This document shows positions 19,426-28,995 of a stretch of 64,000 bases of DNA, piece by piece. The notes under the pieces were generated by a model. It saw nothing but the letters and a program-made list of their open reading frames with translations. It ran no database searches and was not told the origin of the DNA. Origin of the DNA: a virus (lineage: Duplodnaviria > Heunggongvirae > Uroviricota > Caudoviricetes); IMG/VR virus record IMGVR_UViG_3300028030_000006, positions 29,611-93,610 of that record; one strand, written 5' to 3'. A program made the translations under genes and the position numbers. Every line of letters begins with the position of its first letter. The first letter of the stretch is position 1.

Positions 19426-20386
19426 TAAATACCTTTCTGGCTGCTTCTGTCAATATTATTGGACGGTTAAAATACTCAAAACCTTTATTAAATGCGTCAA
19501 ACTGTTTATCTGGCAGTGGACGCTTTAGTGCTGCAATATACTGCTTCTGTTGTTCTGGTGTAAGCTGTGAAATATCCATCAATGTGCTTCCAAGTCTATA
19601 ATTAACATCAATAACCTCATCTATCGTAGACGCTACACCATATTCAACATACTTTGGAGGGACTTTAAATACTGCTGGATTCTTCTGCTTGTTTATGAAA
19701 TTGTGAATCTCCTCTCTTAAGATGTCCAGAGTAACCTCTCCTCGCATTTTACAACTCTCCCATATAATATCTGCTTTTTCTTTTCCGAGGTAGCGTATAT
19801 TTATAATAGAGTCTCCATCATCCCCGTATAAAGCTTTGCGTAGAGTAAACTCTTCACGAGTACTAACATTATACATTAAACGGACGTATTCAGGACCTTT
19901 ATCTTCTTCTCGAGGATAAGGGCTAATGATCTTCACGTTATCTCTATTAATGACAGAATGTAGCCAATCTAGATCTCTAGTGATTAACCCAACCCTATTA
20001 TGTGAATCTTGTGATAACGTATGGGCTAGTATCGATGCAACATCATCAGCCTCTACATCATTTATATCCATTACCGTTATAGGGAGCTCATTTTTAAGTA
20101 GTTCAATAAATTTAACATACTCCTCACTAAATAACTTATGAGCATCTTGTTCTGCTTGTGATTTCTTTGTCATCTGTTCTCTACGTTTACCTTTGTAGTA
20201 AGGTGATATAGCTAATCGATGCGTAGAAGACCCTAAATCAGCAACAACGTACACCTTACCTTTAGGTCTGCTAATTAAAGTCCTAGCAATATCATTTATA
20301 GACTCTAATACATCTCTACCAGTCTGTTTACAGCCGTAAAATATCAACTTAGTGTCTACTATGTAATGGTACGTAAAAGTGCTCAT
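19415..20386 (-). CDS. Flap endonuclease / 5'-3' exonuclease (RNase H-like, T5 D15/T4 rnh class)
   Basis: 'VYVVADLGSSTHRLAISPYYKGKRRE' and 'ITVMDINDVEADDVASILA' are PIN-like FEN motifs (the 'EADDV.a' signature). Confidence 0.7.
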   Translation of the reverse strand: MSTFTYHYIVDTKLIFYGCKQTGRDVLESINDIARTLISRPKGKVYVVADLGSSTHRLAISPYYKGKRREQMTKKSQAEQDAHKLFSEEYVKFIELLKNELPITVMDINDVEADDVASILAHTLSQDSHNRVGLITRDLDWLHSVINRDNVKIISPYPREEDKGPEYVRLMYNVSTREEFTLRKALYGDDGDSIINIRYLGKEKADIIWESCKMRGEVTLDILREEIHNFINKQKNPAVFKVPPKYVEYGVASTIDEVIDVNYRLGSTLMDISQLTPEQQKQYIAALKRPLPDKQFDAFNKGFEYFNRPIILTEAARKVFNGK

Positions 20387-20541
20387 ATTTTAGGCACCTC
20401 TACAACTGTAACTTCTTTTGTTATGTATCTTATAATATACCATAATGCTTGTAACTTCGAGTCTACCAACTCGTACTCGTACGAGTTTGTCTTTTTATCG
20501 TATATAGATACTAAATATGCTGTGCTATATGCTTTTTTCAT
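20383..20541 (-). CDS. Small ORF (52 aa) translationally coupled to the flap endonuclease
   Basis: RBS AAGGAGACAATTA precedes the ATG (revcomp 20539-20541). Its stop TGA overlaps the FEN ATG (ATATGA). It is below the ORF-track size cut-off and contains a 10-bp palindrome, CTCGTACGAG. Confidence 0.3.
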   Translation of the reverse strand: MKKAYSTAYLVSIYDKKTNSYEYELVDSKLQALWYIIRYITKEVTVVEVPKI

Positions 20542-20557
20542 TAATTGTCTCCTTTAT

Positions 20558-20866
20558 TCATTTACTCTCGATAATTTCGCGTCGTAACAGCATTTCTTTA
20601 TATTTTTCGACGCGACTCCTGTAGCCTACACACTCACGATATGCGATGAGCTCTGCAAAATCCTCTCTGCTAATAATCTGCAGTTTGGCGGAATACTCAA
20701 CATCTCCAAACATTGTACTAAACCGTTTATTTATTTGTGTGTGGCCTAATAAAGTTTCAGCTGCCTGCTCCGTAAGTCTTCTTTTTACCATACCTTCAAT
20801 AGTCTCTTGCGGTTGTTGCTCCAACAACTCATGAGAAACCTTTACTGTGGCTAATACCTCCTGCAT
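20558..20866 (-). CDS. Hypothetical protein
   Basis: 102-aa ORF with RBS TAAGGAGGTACTA before the ATG. It lies downstream of the iteron region. Confidence 0.45.
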   Translation of the reverse strand: MQEVLATVKVSHELLEQQPQETIEGMVKRRLTEQAAETLLGHTQINKRFSTMFGDVEYSAKLQIISREDFAELIAYRECVGYRSRVEKYKEMLLRREIIESK

Positions 20867-21018
20867 TAGTACCTCCTTACTAATAAAAATTTGCGGAATT
20901 CTTTCCTTTACAACTCAGAGCTATGCTCTTCGTATAGATATAGGTATAGATTACTATAACGTATTCGTGTTGTGTCATATAACTAAATGTTATATCAAAA
21001 TACAAGTGAAATTTTTCA

Positions 21019-21070
21019 CAACGTTTATATGTTTTTATACTCGTTTATAGACGTTTATATACGTTTAAAG
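21019..21070. promoter_or_regulatory. Three to four copies of 'ACGTTTATA(T/G)' (ATATAAACG on the - strand) in an AT-rich spacer
   Basis: aacgtttatatg / ctcgtttatagac / gacgtttatatac / tacgtttaaagg lie within 52 bp. A related 'gacgtttatat' recurs at 54287-54297 in another large intergenic region. Confidence 0.4.
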
Positions 21071-21107
21071 GTTAGCGAAACATCGTGCTACAGGGGTCTG
21101 TAGAGGA

Positions 21108-21213
21108 TTCTCAACACTTGATAATGTAATTTCAACACTTGATAATGTAATTTCAACACTTGATAATGTAATTTCAACACTTGATAATGTAATTTCAACA
21201 CTTGATAATGTAA
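21108..21213. repeat. Five tandem 21-bp direct repeats (TTTCAACACTTGATAATGTAA). Iteron-like array.
   Basis: Perfect copies lie at 21130, 21151, 21172 and 21193, with a variant first copy at 21108. The array sits in a 360-bp AT-rich intergenic region between two - strand genes. Confidence 0.85.
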
Positions 21214-21227
21214 AAACTATAAAAACA

Positions 21228-21911
21228 TCATATTTTGGTTCTACGTTTCCATATCAGTGTTTCATATATCTCGTCATACTTTACACCACTAAATGTCGAT
21301 TCATCATCATTCAAAGCCTTAACAACTTTCTGTACTTCATATATATTTGCTTTTGATTTTGGTAGTCTGCAAATATCCACCATATCATCTAGCGTAATAC
21401 CTACACGCTTTCGTATGCGATTATCCTGCATCGTAAGATACCAGAACAAGGCGCGCTGGTGTGGTCCAGATAAGCGCATCAACATCTTAAGCGAAGCTGA
21501 AGCAAACTTTTCAGATAAATTTAAAAGGTATGGCGCTAAGCGTTGGTTGATTAGTAGTGTAATCTTCCCAGCTTTCCATATACTTGTCGTAAAAATTACT
21601 TCAGTGATACGTTTATCGGTGTCTTCGTCAGTAAACGTAACTGTGACGCCTACAGCCTTTTGTACAGCTAAAGCACAGTTACGTTTACTCATAGGCATCA
21701 AATCGGTGAAATCCTCCCAATCAATCTGTATAGGTTTTATTTCACAATCTCCGTCACCAGATGTACCGTTATGGATATGACTTATAGCGTAATACATAAG
21801 GGCTGCTGTATTGGCCTCTTTAGGTACATCTATCACATGTCTAGCCATATCATTACGCATCACCACTTGATAATTTTCAACATTACGTATATATCCTTTA
21901 CGCTTACTCAA
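21228..21911 (-). CDS. Hypothetical protein adjacent to the iterons (possible DNA-binding or replication-associated)
   Basis: 227-aa ORF, basic, with no recognised motif. Its position directly upstream of the primase and beside the iterons suggests an origin-binding role, but this is inference only. Confidence 0.45.
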   Translation of the reverse strand: MSKRKGYIRNVENYQVVMRNDMARHVIDVPKEANTAALMYYAISHIHNGTSGDGDCEIKPIQIDWEDFTDLMPMSKRNCALAVQKAVGVTVTFTDEDTDKRITEVIFTTSIWKAGKITLLINQRLAPYLLNLSEKFASASLKMLMRLSGPHQRALFWYLTMQDNRIRKRVGITLDDMVDICRLPKSKANIYEVQKVVKALNDDESTFSGVKYDEIYETLIWKRRTKI

Positions 21912-22825
21912 AACTCATCTCCTGGATCCCATATTATAGGTTTGGCTAAGCCTTTACTTTTAACACCTTCTAGAAACTCATTAGCGTCCTTATATGGCGA
22001 GTTACGTACTAGTGTGACCATTGGATGGGCTACAATATTGAACCACTGCGAGTAGTATGGGAGCACACTAACCATACCTAATTGTCCAGCCTTGTCATTA
22101 TCGAAGGCTATAGTTATATCCTCTACACCTATAGATATTAAATCTTCAATACGCCGTATTGTTGGAGGCGATACGCCAAACGACGGTATCGATGGAACAC
22201 CCATTTGGATATAGGATACCGCATCCATAATACCCTCCGTTAAGACTACATGCTTAACTTGTTGTTCTTTTAACTGATCGTAGCGATATACAATTGAAGT
22301 AGCTGGCATAAGTTTAGGACGTAACCATTTAGCCTCTTTAGCTCGCGCTGTGTCGTCAACAATACGAGCATCAAACCCTACTGGAGCGCCTCTATAGTAG
22401 ATTGGGAAAATGTAACGACCTCTAAATCTGCCACGACTGCAATAATAAACACCAAGCTCCTGTAATAGCTTACTAGATATACCTCTCCAGTCCGTAGAGA
22501 CATAATAATCTATAGGCGGAAGATTTACCTTAGTAAAGTCTGCAATATCTTCAGCGTCCTCTGTCAGAATATTGGAATATCTCATCTGCCATAGTAGTTC
22601 TTCTTCATCTACCCCGGCAGTATCATCTTCTGTTATAAATTTCTCGGAGTGTCCACAACTGAAACAGTTAAATATGGCACTGTGTTTATTTATCCCTGCT
22701 GAAGGGTGCGTATCGTGGTGTTCTGGATTTATGCAACGACATTTGATCCAATCCGATAATGGGTTGTCAACATAGTCAATATGAAGTCTATCTAACTTCT
22801 TCTTGATTAGTTCTGTATAGTCCAT
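21908..22825 (-). CDS. DNA primase (CHC2 zinc finger plus TOPRIM)
   Basis: 'CINPEHHDTHPSAGINKHSAIFNCFSCGHS' is a CHC2 zinc finger. 'VLTEGIMDAVS' and 'IAFDNDKAGQ' are TOPRIM motifs. Confidence 0.7.
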   Translation of the reverse strand: MDYTELIKKKLDRLHIDYVDNPLSDWIKCRCINPEHHDTHPSAGINKHSAIFNCFSCGHSEKFITEDDTAGVDEEELLWQMRYSNILTEDAEDIADFTKVNLPPIDYYVSTDWRGISSKLLQELGVYYCSRGRFRGRYIFPIYYRGAPVGFDARIVDDTARAKEAKWLRPKLMPATSIVYRYDQLKEQQVKHVVLTEGIMDAVSYIQMGVPSIPSFGVSPPTIRRIEDLISIGVEDITIAFDNDKAGQLGMVSVLPYYSQWFNIVAHPMVTLVRNSPYKDANEFLEGVKSKGLAKPIIWDPGDEF

Positions 22826-23629
22826 CTATTCTCCTATTGCTAGTATGACAGGATTACTATGTCGTAACTCATTTGGATACCCAAACGGATTTACTATAAT
22901 ATCGGTCCCAGCAATGGTAGCATGTGCTTTTGTATGAGTATGGCCAGCTAACCAATACTGCATACTTCCATCTTTTACTAAATCTTCACAATCCATCACA
23001 AAAAACCCAGTAGTCGGCTCCAATCTGTACTCTGGAGCTAGTAGTGCTTCATTCATTGCTGGTGGATAATGTGAAATCATTACATCACATTCCTTATACA
23101 CAGATTTTAGCTTAGGAAGCTCCATTAAATACATTTCTTCAGGATCGTCTAAGTTATCTATCCAAACAGCATCGTTTAGGGTCTGGCTGTAAAATCCTAA
23201 CACTTTATCCTTATCCCAACCAAACTTTAGGACTTTATTGATGTATGGGGTACCATAAGACCAACCCATAGCACCACCAAATGTTACACCATCTATAGTT
23301 TTAGTTGTGCCGTTAAGTATTGTTACAACTTCTGATTCGTAGTTTACGTACTCAGTAAACCGTTTCATCGACGTATTGTGATTATCATTATATAGATCAT
23401 GATTACCTAACACAGCAATCACATGCTTAAAGTTAAATATTACTGCAATTCTTTCAAGTACGTATAAGGATTGTTTAGTGTCGTGCCCTAAGTCTCCTGG
23501 AACACACAATACTTCAACACTAATATCAGAACTTAAAACATCCTTAAACACCTCATAAATTTCAATGTCCTTTGCGTTAGCACGTACATGTGAGCTAATA
23601 TGTAAATCAGAAAGTACATTTATCTTCAT
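22826..23629 (-). CDS. Calcineurin-like metallophosphoesterase
   Basis: Motifs 'MKINVLSDLHIS', 'VPGDLGHD', 'LGNHD' and 'GHTHT' are present. Confidence 0.6.
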   Translation of the reverse strand: MKINVLSDLHISSHVRANAKDIEIYEVFKDVLSSDISVEVLCVPGDLGHDTKQSLYVLERIAVIFNFKHVIAVLGNHDLYNDNHNTSMKRFTEYVNYESEVVTILNGTTKTIDGVTFGGAMGWSYGTPYINKVLKFGWDKDKVLGFYSQTLNDAVWIDNLDDPEEMYLMELPKLKSVYKECDVMISHYPPAMNEALLAPEYRLEPTTGFFVMDCEDLVKDGSMQYWLAGHTHTKAHATIAGTDIIVNPFGYPNELRHSNPVILAIGE

Positions 23630-24288
23630 AACATCTCCTTAATGCAACACGTACGCAACACGTACATCTTTGTCGTAACACTTAGTACATGTGTCGCAAG
23701 TTTTTGTGTCTTACTTGGATCGGAAGCTGGACATACCCAAATACCATTCTTAGCAGCCTCAGGAATATCATTCACTCGTATTACAAAAGACATAATACCA
23801 GTACGTTCTAAGTTATTTAAGCCGATAGCGTCAGCTGATGGTCTTATACTTACATTTGGCAGCTTCCGAATATCGATATTTCCATCCATAAATAGTGCTG
23901 TTGCAATCTTATAGATCTTATCTGACCTAGTAGGAATCCAGTGCTTAACGTTAGGGGTTTTAAGTATAACCTCTTTTATTTTTAATGCAGTAGCTGCATC
24001 TGGAATATCTCCAGAATCAAACCAACGAAAATAATCATATTTAGCTACCTCTTTAACCATATTGTTTACCCAATCTGGATTTTGTAATCCTTCTAAATTG
24101 TAATCTCTAACTGCTTTTACTACAGGAAATCTGTACATACCTTTTGTCGCATAGCACTCCTTACAAACGTCTACTATTTCGCCGCTTGGATATTTACTCC
24201 CTGGACACGTTTTGCGTGCCTGGAGACTCCAACATCCTACCTTTTTACCTGTTATTTTCATCTTACTTGGTTTACTTATTTTAATCAC
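23626..24288 (-). CDS. Hypothetical Cys-rich protein
   Basis: 220 aa with N-terminal 'GCWSLQARKTCPGS...VCKECYA' and C-terminal 'CC' clusters. No family assigned. Confidence 0.45.
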   Translation of the reverse strand: MIKISKPSKMKITGKKVGCWSLQARKTCPGSKYPSGEIVDVCKECYATKGMYRFPVVKAVRDYNLEGLQNPDWVNNMVKEVAKYDYFRWFDSGDIPDAATALKIKEVILKTPNVKHWIPTRSDKIYKIATALFMDGNIDIRKLPNVSIRPSADAIGLNNLERTGIMSFVIRVNDIPEAAKNGIWVCPASDPSKTQKLATHVLSVTTKMYVLRTCCIKEML

Positions 24289-24301
24289 TTATACTCCTAT
24301 A

Positions 24302-25534
24302 TTAGGCATTTAATCTAATGCCGGTATCTTTAAATTTCATCCAATGTAAACGTCCTTCGACTAGACTATGGATTAATTTAGCGTATCTATTTTTAACTGC
24401 ATATACTACAAATGCGTCCTCATCAGAGGCGTCTAACTTTTTAGTGTAGAGCACTACTGATGAACTAAAGACTAATTCAGCAGATCCTCTAGATACTAAT
24501 GACACATTGTATTCATTTTCAATCTTAACTTCTGCTACCTGAGCTGCAGTTACAACAACAATTCCGTGCGTTACCGTCATTTTATGTAGGGATTTTACTA
24601 AATTACTCAGCGTTTTCCATGAGTCTGTTGCTGTAGAAGATCCGATCAATCCTAAGTAGTCAATATATACACCTCTAACGTCACTTGTTTGGGCTTGAAC
24701 AGATACCATAGCTAGTAGCTCTTTATCATCTAACTGCTCTGTGACAATCTTAAAGTCATCTTGACGTTCACCCCAAAATTCTTTCATTTTAGTGTCAATA
24801 AGTTTTCGTTCTTCTTCAGTAAGGCTATCTTGAATTATCTTATTGAAATCAATTTCACAAACATGAGATTTTAAACGAGCACCTAATGCTTTAGCTGATA
24901 ACTCTAACGAAATAAATAGAACAGCTTGACCTTCTTTAAAGGCCTCAATAGCAGACGATAACAGTTGTACAGTTTTACCGCCACCGGAGCTTGCTGTAAT
25001 AAGAGTAACGCCTGAAAATCTATTACCTAACAGTTCATCAAATTCTTCTCCAAATCCTGATGGGACGCTGTGTATTACTTCATCATTGTCCATAACATCA
25101 GCCATAGCGTTTATCTCTACACTACCTAATGATACTTCTTGCAAGGTCTCAGCTAGTAATGTTTTAACTGTGTCGAAGTCTTTATTACGTTGAGCTTCAA
25201 CTAGCTGCTCCATTTTATCGTCTACAGCGCGTAGTGTCCTTGCACCTTTTAAACCGGATATAACTTCATCATCGCCAACGTCTGAAACATCTTCAGGTAA
25301 AGCCTCTACGACAGCTTGAAATGGGCCTACCACGTTAGCAGGTGCTCGATTAGCTATTGTCGCTGACAGTGATAACTTATTTGGTAAGGTACTGTTATCT
25401 GCATAGTGCTGAATGATTAGTGAATATATTTTATTCTCTTTCCCTGTAAATAAGCTCTCATCTAAATCTTGTAATATTGTAATATTGCCTTTTAGTAATT
25501 TAGCTAAGGCTAATCTTTGATAGTTTATTCGCAT
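24302..25534 (-). CDS. DnaB-like replicative helicase
   Basis: Walker A 'TLITASSGGGKTVQLL' and Walker B-like 'VLFISLE' are present, as is the H4-like 'GVYIDYLGLI'. It is adjacent to the primase. Confidence 0.65.
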   Translation of the reverse strand: MRINYQRLALAKLLKGNITILQDLDESLFTGKENKIYSLIIQHYADNSTLPNKLSLSATIANRAPANVVGPFQAVVEALPEDVSDVGDDEVISGLKGARTLRAVDDKMEQLVEAQRNKDFDTVKTLLAETLQEVSLGSVEINAMADVMDNDEVIHSVPSGFGEEFDELLGNRFSGVTLITASSGGGKTVQLLSSAIEAFKEGQAVLFISLELSAKALGARLKSHVCEIDFNKIIQDSLTEEERKLIDTKMKEFWGERQDDFKIVTEQLDDKELLAMVSVQAQTSDVRGVYIDYLGLIGSSTATDSWKTLSNLVKSLHKMTVTHGIVVVTAAQVAEVKIENEYNVSLVSRGSAELVFSSSVVLYTKKLDASDEDAFVVYAVKNRYAKLIHSLVEGRLHWMKFKDTGIRLNA

Positions 25535-25599
25535 ATCTCTCCTTTTAAATTGTTAGCTTAATAGCTATCAGAAGGGCTGTATCGCCCCTCAAATAGATA

Positions 25600-26319
25600 T
25601 TAATCATGCTCTTCGGTTGAATCCCCTGACCATTTATCTATTACTTCTTGAGCTTTTTCAAACTCTTCTTTAGCTAAGCGTTTTTCCTCCTCCTTTAAAT
25701 ACTCTAAAGTTTGTGCCTTGCGTGCAGCCATAACAGACTCCCAACGTTGTAATATCTCATCTCGCGCCATAAATATATCAGTACCAGCAAGTACCGACTC
25801 AATTTCATCAGAGGATAAAAATGTGTCATATACATCACGGAAAAATGATTCAAAGTGTGGCAAATCAAACTTATACCGAGCTTTGTGCTCATTCGCTTTT
25901 AATACTCCGTTAGACCCAGACCACGCATGTATCATTATCGAGCCCCAAGTACTGACCTCGATAGTATCCATAGCCATTAATAGCATAGTACCTGCTGATG
26001 CTACATCTCCAACTACTCGTCCGTGTATACTAGCTTGGCATGTCAATATTGCATCTAATATAAACATCGCAGTATAAGCATCCCCACCAGGAGTACTTAA
26101 TATAAATTCGACAGTATCTTGCTCCTTCGCAGCTTTAAGTACTTCTACTATCTCAATAACGCTGTGTGGATCACCTAATGCGGTCGTAATGTAAATACGT
26201 GTATGTAATTTGTCACAACCAGCTTGCGTCGATAATATTGGATATTGCTTACTCCAGATATCTTTAGCTTCATCGTCAACAAGCTCCGTTGTATTTCCTT
26301 TTAAACTAGCACTAAACAC
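25600..26319 (-). CDS. ClpP-like serine protease
   Basis: 'GDVASAGTMLL' is Ser-nucleophile-like (G.AAS.G). 'IMIHAWSGS' is His-like. The fold length fits ClpP. Confidence 0.55.
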   Translation of the reverse strand: MFSASLKGNTTELVDDEAKDIWSKQYPILSTQAGCDKLHTRIYITTALGDPHSVIEIVEVLKAAKEQDTVEFILSTPGGDAYTAMFILDAILTCQASIHGRVVGDVASAGTMLLMAMDTIEVSTWGSIMIHAWSGSNGVLKANEHKARYKFDLPHFESFFRDVYDTFLSSDEIESVLAGTDIFMARDEILQRWESVMAARKAQTLEYLKEEEKRLAKEEFEKAQEVIDKWSGDSTEEHD

Positions 26320-26426
26320 TACTTATTCTCCTCAAACCATTTTAGTATCTCTTTATCTGTAGAGTACATCCCGGTAGCCTCAAAGTAGACTTCACGCATT
26401 GCCGGCGTTACTGTTTCATATTTCAT
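26319..26426 (-). CDS. Small ORF (35 aa from the internal ATG of the 67-aa track ORF), possibly coupled to phoH
   Basis: The track ORF 26319..26522 overlaps PhoH by 107 nt in another frame. Starting at the ATG at 26426 (MKYETV...) reduces the overlap to 11 nt, and a G/A-rich RBS-like stretch precedes it. Weakly supported. Confidence 0.2.
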   Translation of the reverse strand: MKYETVTPAMREVYFEATGMYSTDKEILKWFEENK

Positions 26427-27657
26427 GTTTCTTCCCTTCAAATAAATCATCAATGTATTCCACAAATGCTGACCGGTATACATTATCCAATCGTACATAA
26501 GAAATAAACTCCGTGTTTCCAAATTCGCCTCCTAACACTCTAAAACCTTCTTTGGCTCTATTTATACCATATACCTGCCCTACTGGATCACCTGCCAGTA
26601 TAACTTTCGTACCTTCACCTGCTCTAGTTAATAACATTTTCAGCATATCACGAGATAGTAGTTGGTACTCATCACAAATAATGGCCTCATCTTGCTGCAA
26701 GCTTAGCCCTTGTATACTTTCTAAACTTACGAACTCAAAAACTTCTGCTAGTAGTGTAGCTGCCTGATCTTCCCCTAATAGGAATTTTAGGTTTGATGTT
26801 ATACCCAACAACCACTGAGCGGATTTAGCTTCTAAATCACCAGGAGCAAATCCAAGTTCTAGTGATTTATCAATAGGAATAGGGGCTCTTGTATAGTAGA
26901 TTTTCTTGTACTTTTTGTGTTGTCGTTGTCCAATAGTCCTAGCAAGTAGGCCGACAAGTGCTGACATAGTTTTAGAGGAGCCAACACGACCCTCTAAAAC
27001 TGTTAATGATACATCACTAAATGCACTGTCCCAAGCGCACTGTTGTAGTGCGTCTAAAGGTGTTACAAGTATTCCAGCGTCTTTATAAGGTTTCGATGTT
27101 TTAGCTACACGCGTTACTTTCGTACCCTGCCGTTTCCATATATCAGTTTTTCCACCAACACGTTTAATCATAACATACTGGTTAATTTTCAGTTGTACAC
27201 CAATGACCGCTTCAAATTCTTCTAACGGTAACTCTTTTATTGGTACATAGTGCTCATAACTTAGATCACCGTCTACTTCAATATAGCCAGAGTACTCGAT
27301 CTGCGTAAATTCGTCAACAGTATTATCAACAACGTCTAAACCTTTGCTAATAGCTATCATACGACACCCAATATCATTAGTTAGTAATTTGCCTCCTGCT
27401 CGCCTAACACTTTCTACAATACGTTCATCGTTTGTAACGATATCTGTAGGTATATCTACTACCTCAACACCTCGCTTAATTGCTAGATATGTAGACTTAA
27501 TAGCCATTCTAGCTGCGTACCCAGTCTGCTCATTCCCTTTTAGCCCGTCCAATTCACGTAAAACTGTAAACGGGATAGCATACGTATCAGTAGCTACCCC
27601 TACCAGAAAGTCTGGATCGTCTAATAATATGTTTGTATCTACAAATATTTTTTGCAT
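26416..27657 (-). CDS. phoH: PhoH-like ATPase with N-terminal PIN domain
   Basis: 'MQKIFVDTNILLDDPDF' is a PIN motif. The P-loop 'LEGRVGSSKTMSAL' and the C-terminal PhoH core are present. Confidence 0.7.
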   Translation of the reverse strand: MQKIFVDTNILLDDPDFLVGVATDTYAIPFTVLRELDGLKGNEQTGYAARMAIKSTYLAIKRGVEVVDIPTDIVTNDERIVESVRRAGGKLLTNDIGCRMIAISKGLDVVDNTVDEFTQIEYSGYIEVDGDLSYEHYVPIKELPLEEFEAVIGVQLKINQYVMIKRVGGKTDIWKRQGTKVTRVAKTSKPYKDAGILVTPLDALQQCAWDSAFSDVSLTVLEGRVGSSKTMSALVGLLARTIGQRQHKKYKKIYYTRAPIPIDKSLELGFAPGDLEAKSAQWLLGITSNLKFLLGEDQAATLLAEVFEFVSLESIQGLSLQQDEAIICDEYQLLSRDMLKMLLTRAGEGTKVILAGDPVGQVYGINRAKEGFRVLGGEFGNTEFISYVRLDNVYRSAFVEYIDDLFEGKKHEI

Positions 27658-27658
27658 G

Positions 27659-27871
27659 CTATCCTTTCAATTGTTCTGCTGTTGCTACTAGCGGTGTTAC
27701 ATTCATATAGTCATGGTGGTCATAATAACCTTCCTGCGCTATAGGCGTATCATCAACTGGAGTCTGTGGATGTGTTTTATCATACCACTTCTTCTGCAAC
27801 CTATAATTAAGGTAAGAGCTAATCCCACCAGTTACCAATATTCCGTATATTATCACCATATACCACTGCAT
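27659..27871 (-). CDS. Small membrane protein
   Basis: 70 aa with one hydrophobic helix (MQWYMVIIYGILVTGGISSYL). Confidence 0.4.
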   Translation of the reverse strand: MQWYMVIIYGILVTGGISSYLNYRLQKKWYDKTHPQTPVDDTPIAQEGYYDHHDYMNVTPLVATAEQLKG

Positions 27872-27885
27872 ACATCTCCTTCTAC

Positions 27886-28995
27886 TTAAAGTAAAAACCC
27901 AGAGTAATCTTCATCCGTTACCTCTGTATCTAACTTACCTAACAGATAATTCGCACTATCTGTCTCTTTCATGGCAACTTGTACATTTGATAAGTTGCTA
28001 TACTTATCTACCCAAATGCATGGATTTTTTACACGCTTAACAAAGTGTGGTAGCTTCACATTAGACATAACATTATATAAATTGTACTGCACATACTGTT
28101 TCATAATAGCATTACTCACCCCTAGCAGAGGTATAGTCTCTCCCTCAGGGTAACAATAGTCTATCCACTCTAAGTCTGTTTCATACGCATCCTTATACAT
28201 CTGTATTGCTTGTTCTTCAACTTCTGCAAATGCACTAGACCACTCTAAATCGGCTTTTAGTCGTTTTATTAGGTAGTTTGATATCTGATAATGCATGATT
28301 TCATCCATAGATATCTTAGTTACAGCTTTCGCTGAACTTTCCATTATATGATTTTCTGCAAACGCAAAAGTAGTCACAAATGAAGATTTAAAGAAAACCG
28401 ACTCAAGTATGTTTAGAGCATACAGAGACAATACGATAGACTTTTTATGGTTATACTCATCATAATCTGGCGCTTGTAGTACCATCTTACTATTCAAAGT
28501 AATTGTACCATCAAAAGCCTGTGCTATTGCTAGTCCTCGCTTTATAATATGTTCATTAATCATAATATCATCAAATATCTCTTTAGCATCTACAGGTAGT
28601 GCCTTTAGGATTTCTGCGTAGGTTGGGCTATGAACTACACCCTCGAAGAACGCATGCTGGAACCACCACTCCTCGAGTTGCGGGTTTGTCGTTATAGGAC
28701 CAAATACCTCACTAACAGAACGTGCTGCAATCGAATCACCAACAGTCTGAAACTTTAAATTTTTCAGAAATAATACTCTAAGACTTGCAACAAGTTTTGC
28801 ATAATCCTCTCCATCTTTCTTATATGAAAAGTCAGTCTTAAACCAAATAAGCCCTAAAGCCTTATCTGTACGTTTTTGTATATCCTGTTCTAATGACAAA
28901 TCTAAACGTGCAACGTTTCTACCTTTACCTAAGAATAACGGCTCCTGCATAAATTCTATATTATCTGTAGTAAATGTACTAAATTTCACAACCAC
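27886..28995 (-). CDS. nrdB: Ribonucleotide reductase class I beta subunit
   Basis: The R2 ferritin-like fold is indicated by 'EEWWFQHAFFEGVVHS', the iron-ligand E/H spacing and a C-terminal acidic tail. The gene lies adjacent to nrdA. Confidence 0.7.
   Translation of the reverse strand: MVVKFSTFTTDNIEFMQEPLFLGKGRNVARLDLSLEQDIQKRTDKALGLIWFKTDFSYKKDGEDYAKLVASLRVLFLKNLKFQTVGDSIAARSVSEVFGPITTNPQLEEWWFQHAFFEGVVHSPTYAEILKALPVDAKEIFDDIMINEHIIKRGLAIAQAFDGTITLNSKMVLQAPDYDEYNHKKSIVLSLYALNILESVFFKSSFVTTFAFAENHIMESSAKAVTKISMDEIMHYQISNYLIKRLKADLEWSSAFAEVEEQAIQMYKDAYETDLEWIDYCYPEGETIPLLGVSNAIMKQYVQYNLYNVMSNVKLPHFVKRVKNPCIWVDKYSNLSNVQVAMKETDSANYLLGKLDTEVTDEDYSGFLL

Noticed and set aside
21108-21213. CRISPR array interpretation of tandem repeats here, at 49890-50075, 50945-51125 and at 63877-64000
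   Set aside because: The repeats are contiguous without unique spacers and the units are 12-36 bp. These are simple tandem repeats or iterons.
21235-21780. Plus-strand track ORFs embedded antisense within - strand genes (for example 21235..21780, 25718..26077, 50823..51278, 12262..12522)
   Set aside because: They are fully overlapped antisense by better-supported - strand genes with recognisable domains. They have low-complexity or Ser/Ile-rich products, typical of shadow ORFs in AT-rich DNA.
26319-26522. Full-length 67-aa track ORF overlapping phoH by 107 nt
   Set aside because: Such a long out-of-frame overlap is improbable. Only the shorter 35-aa form from the internal ATG is retained, and with low confidence.
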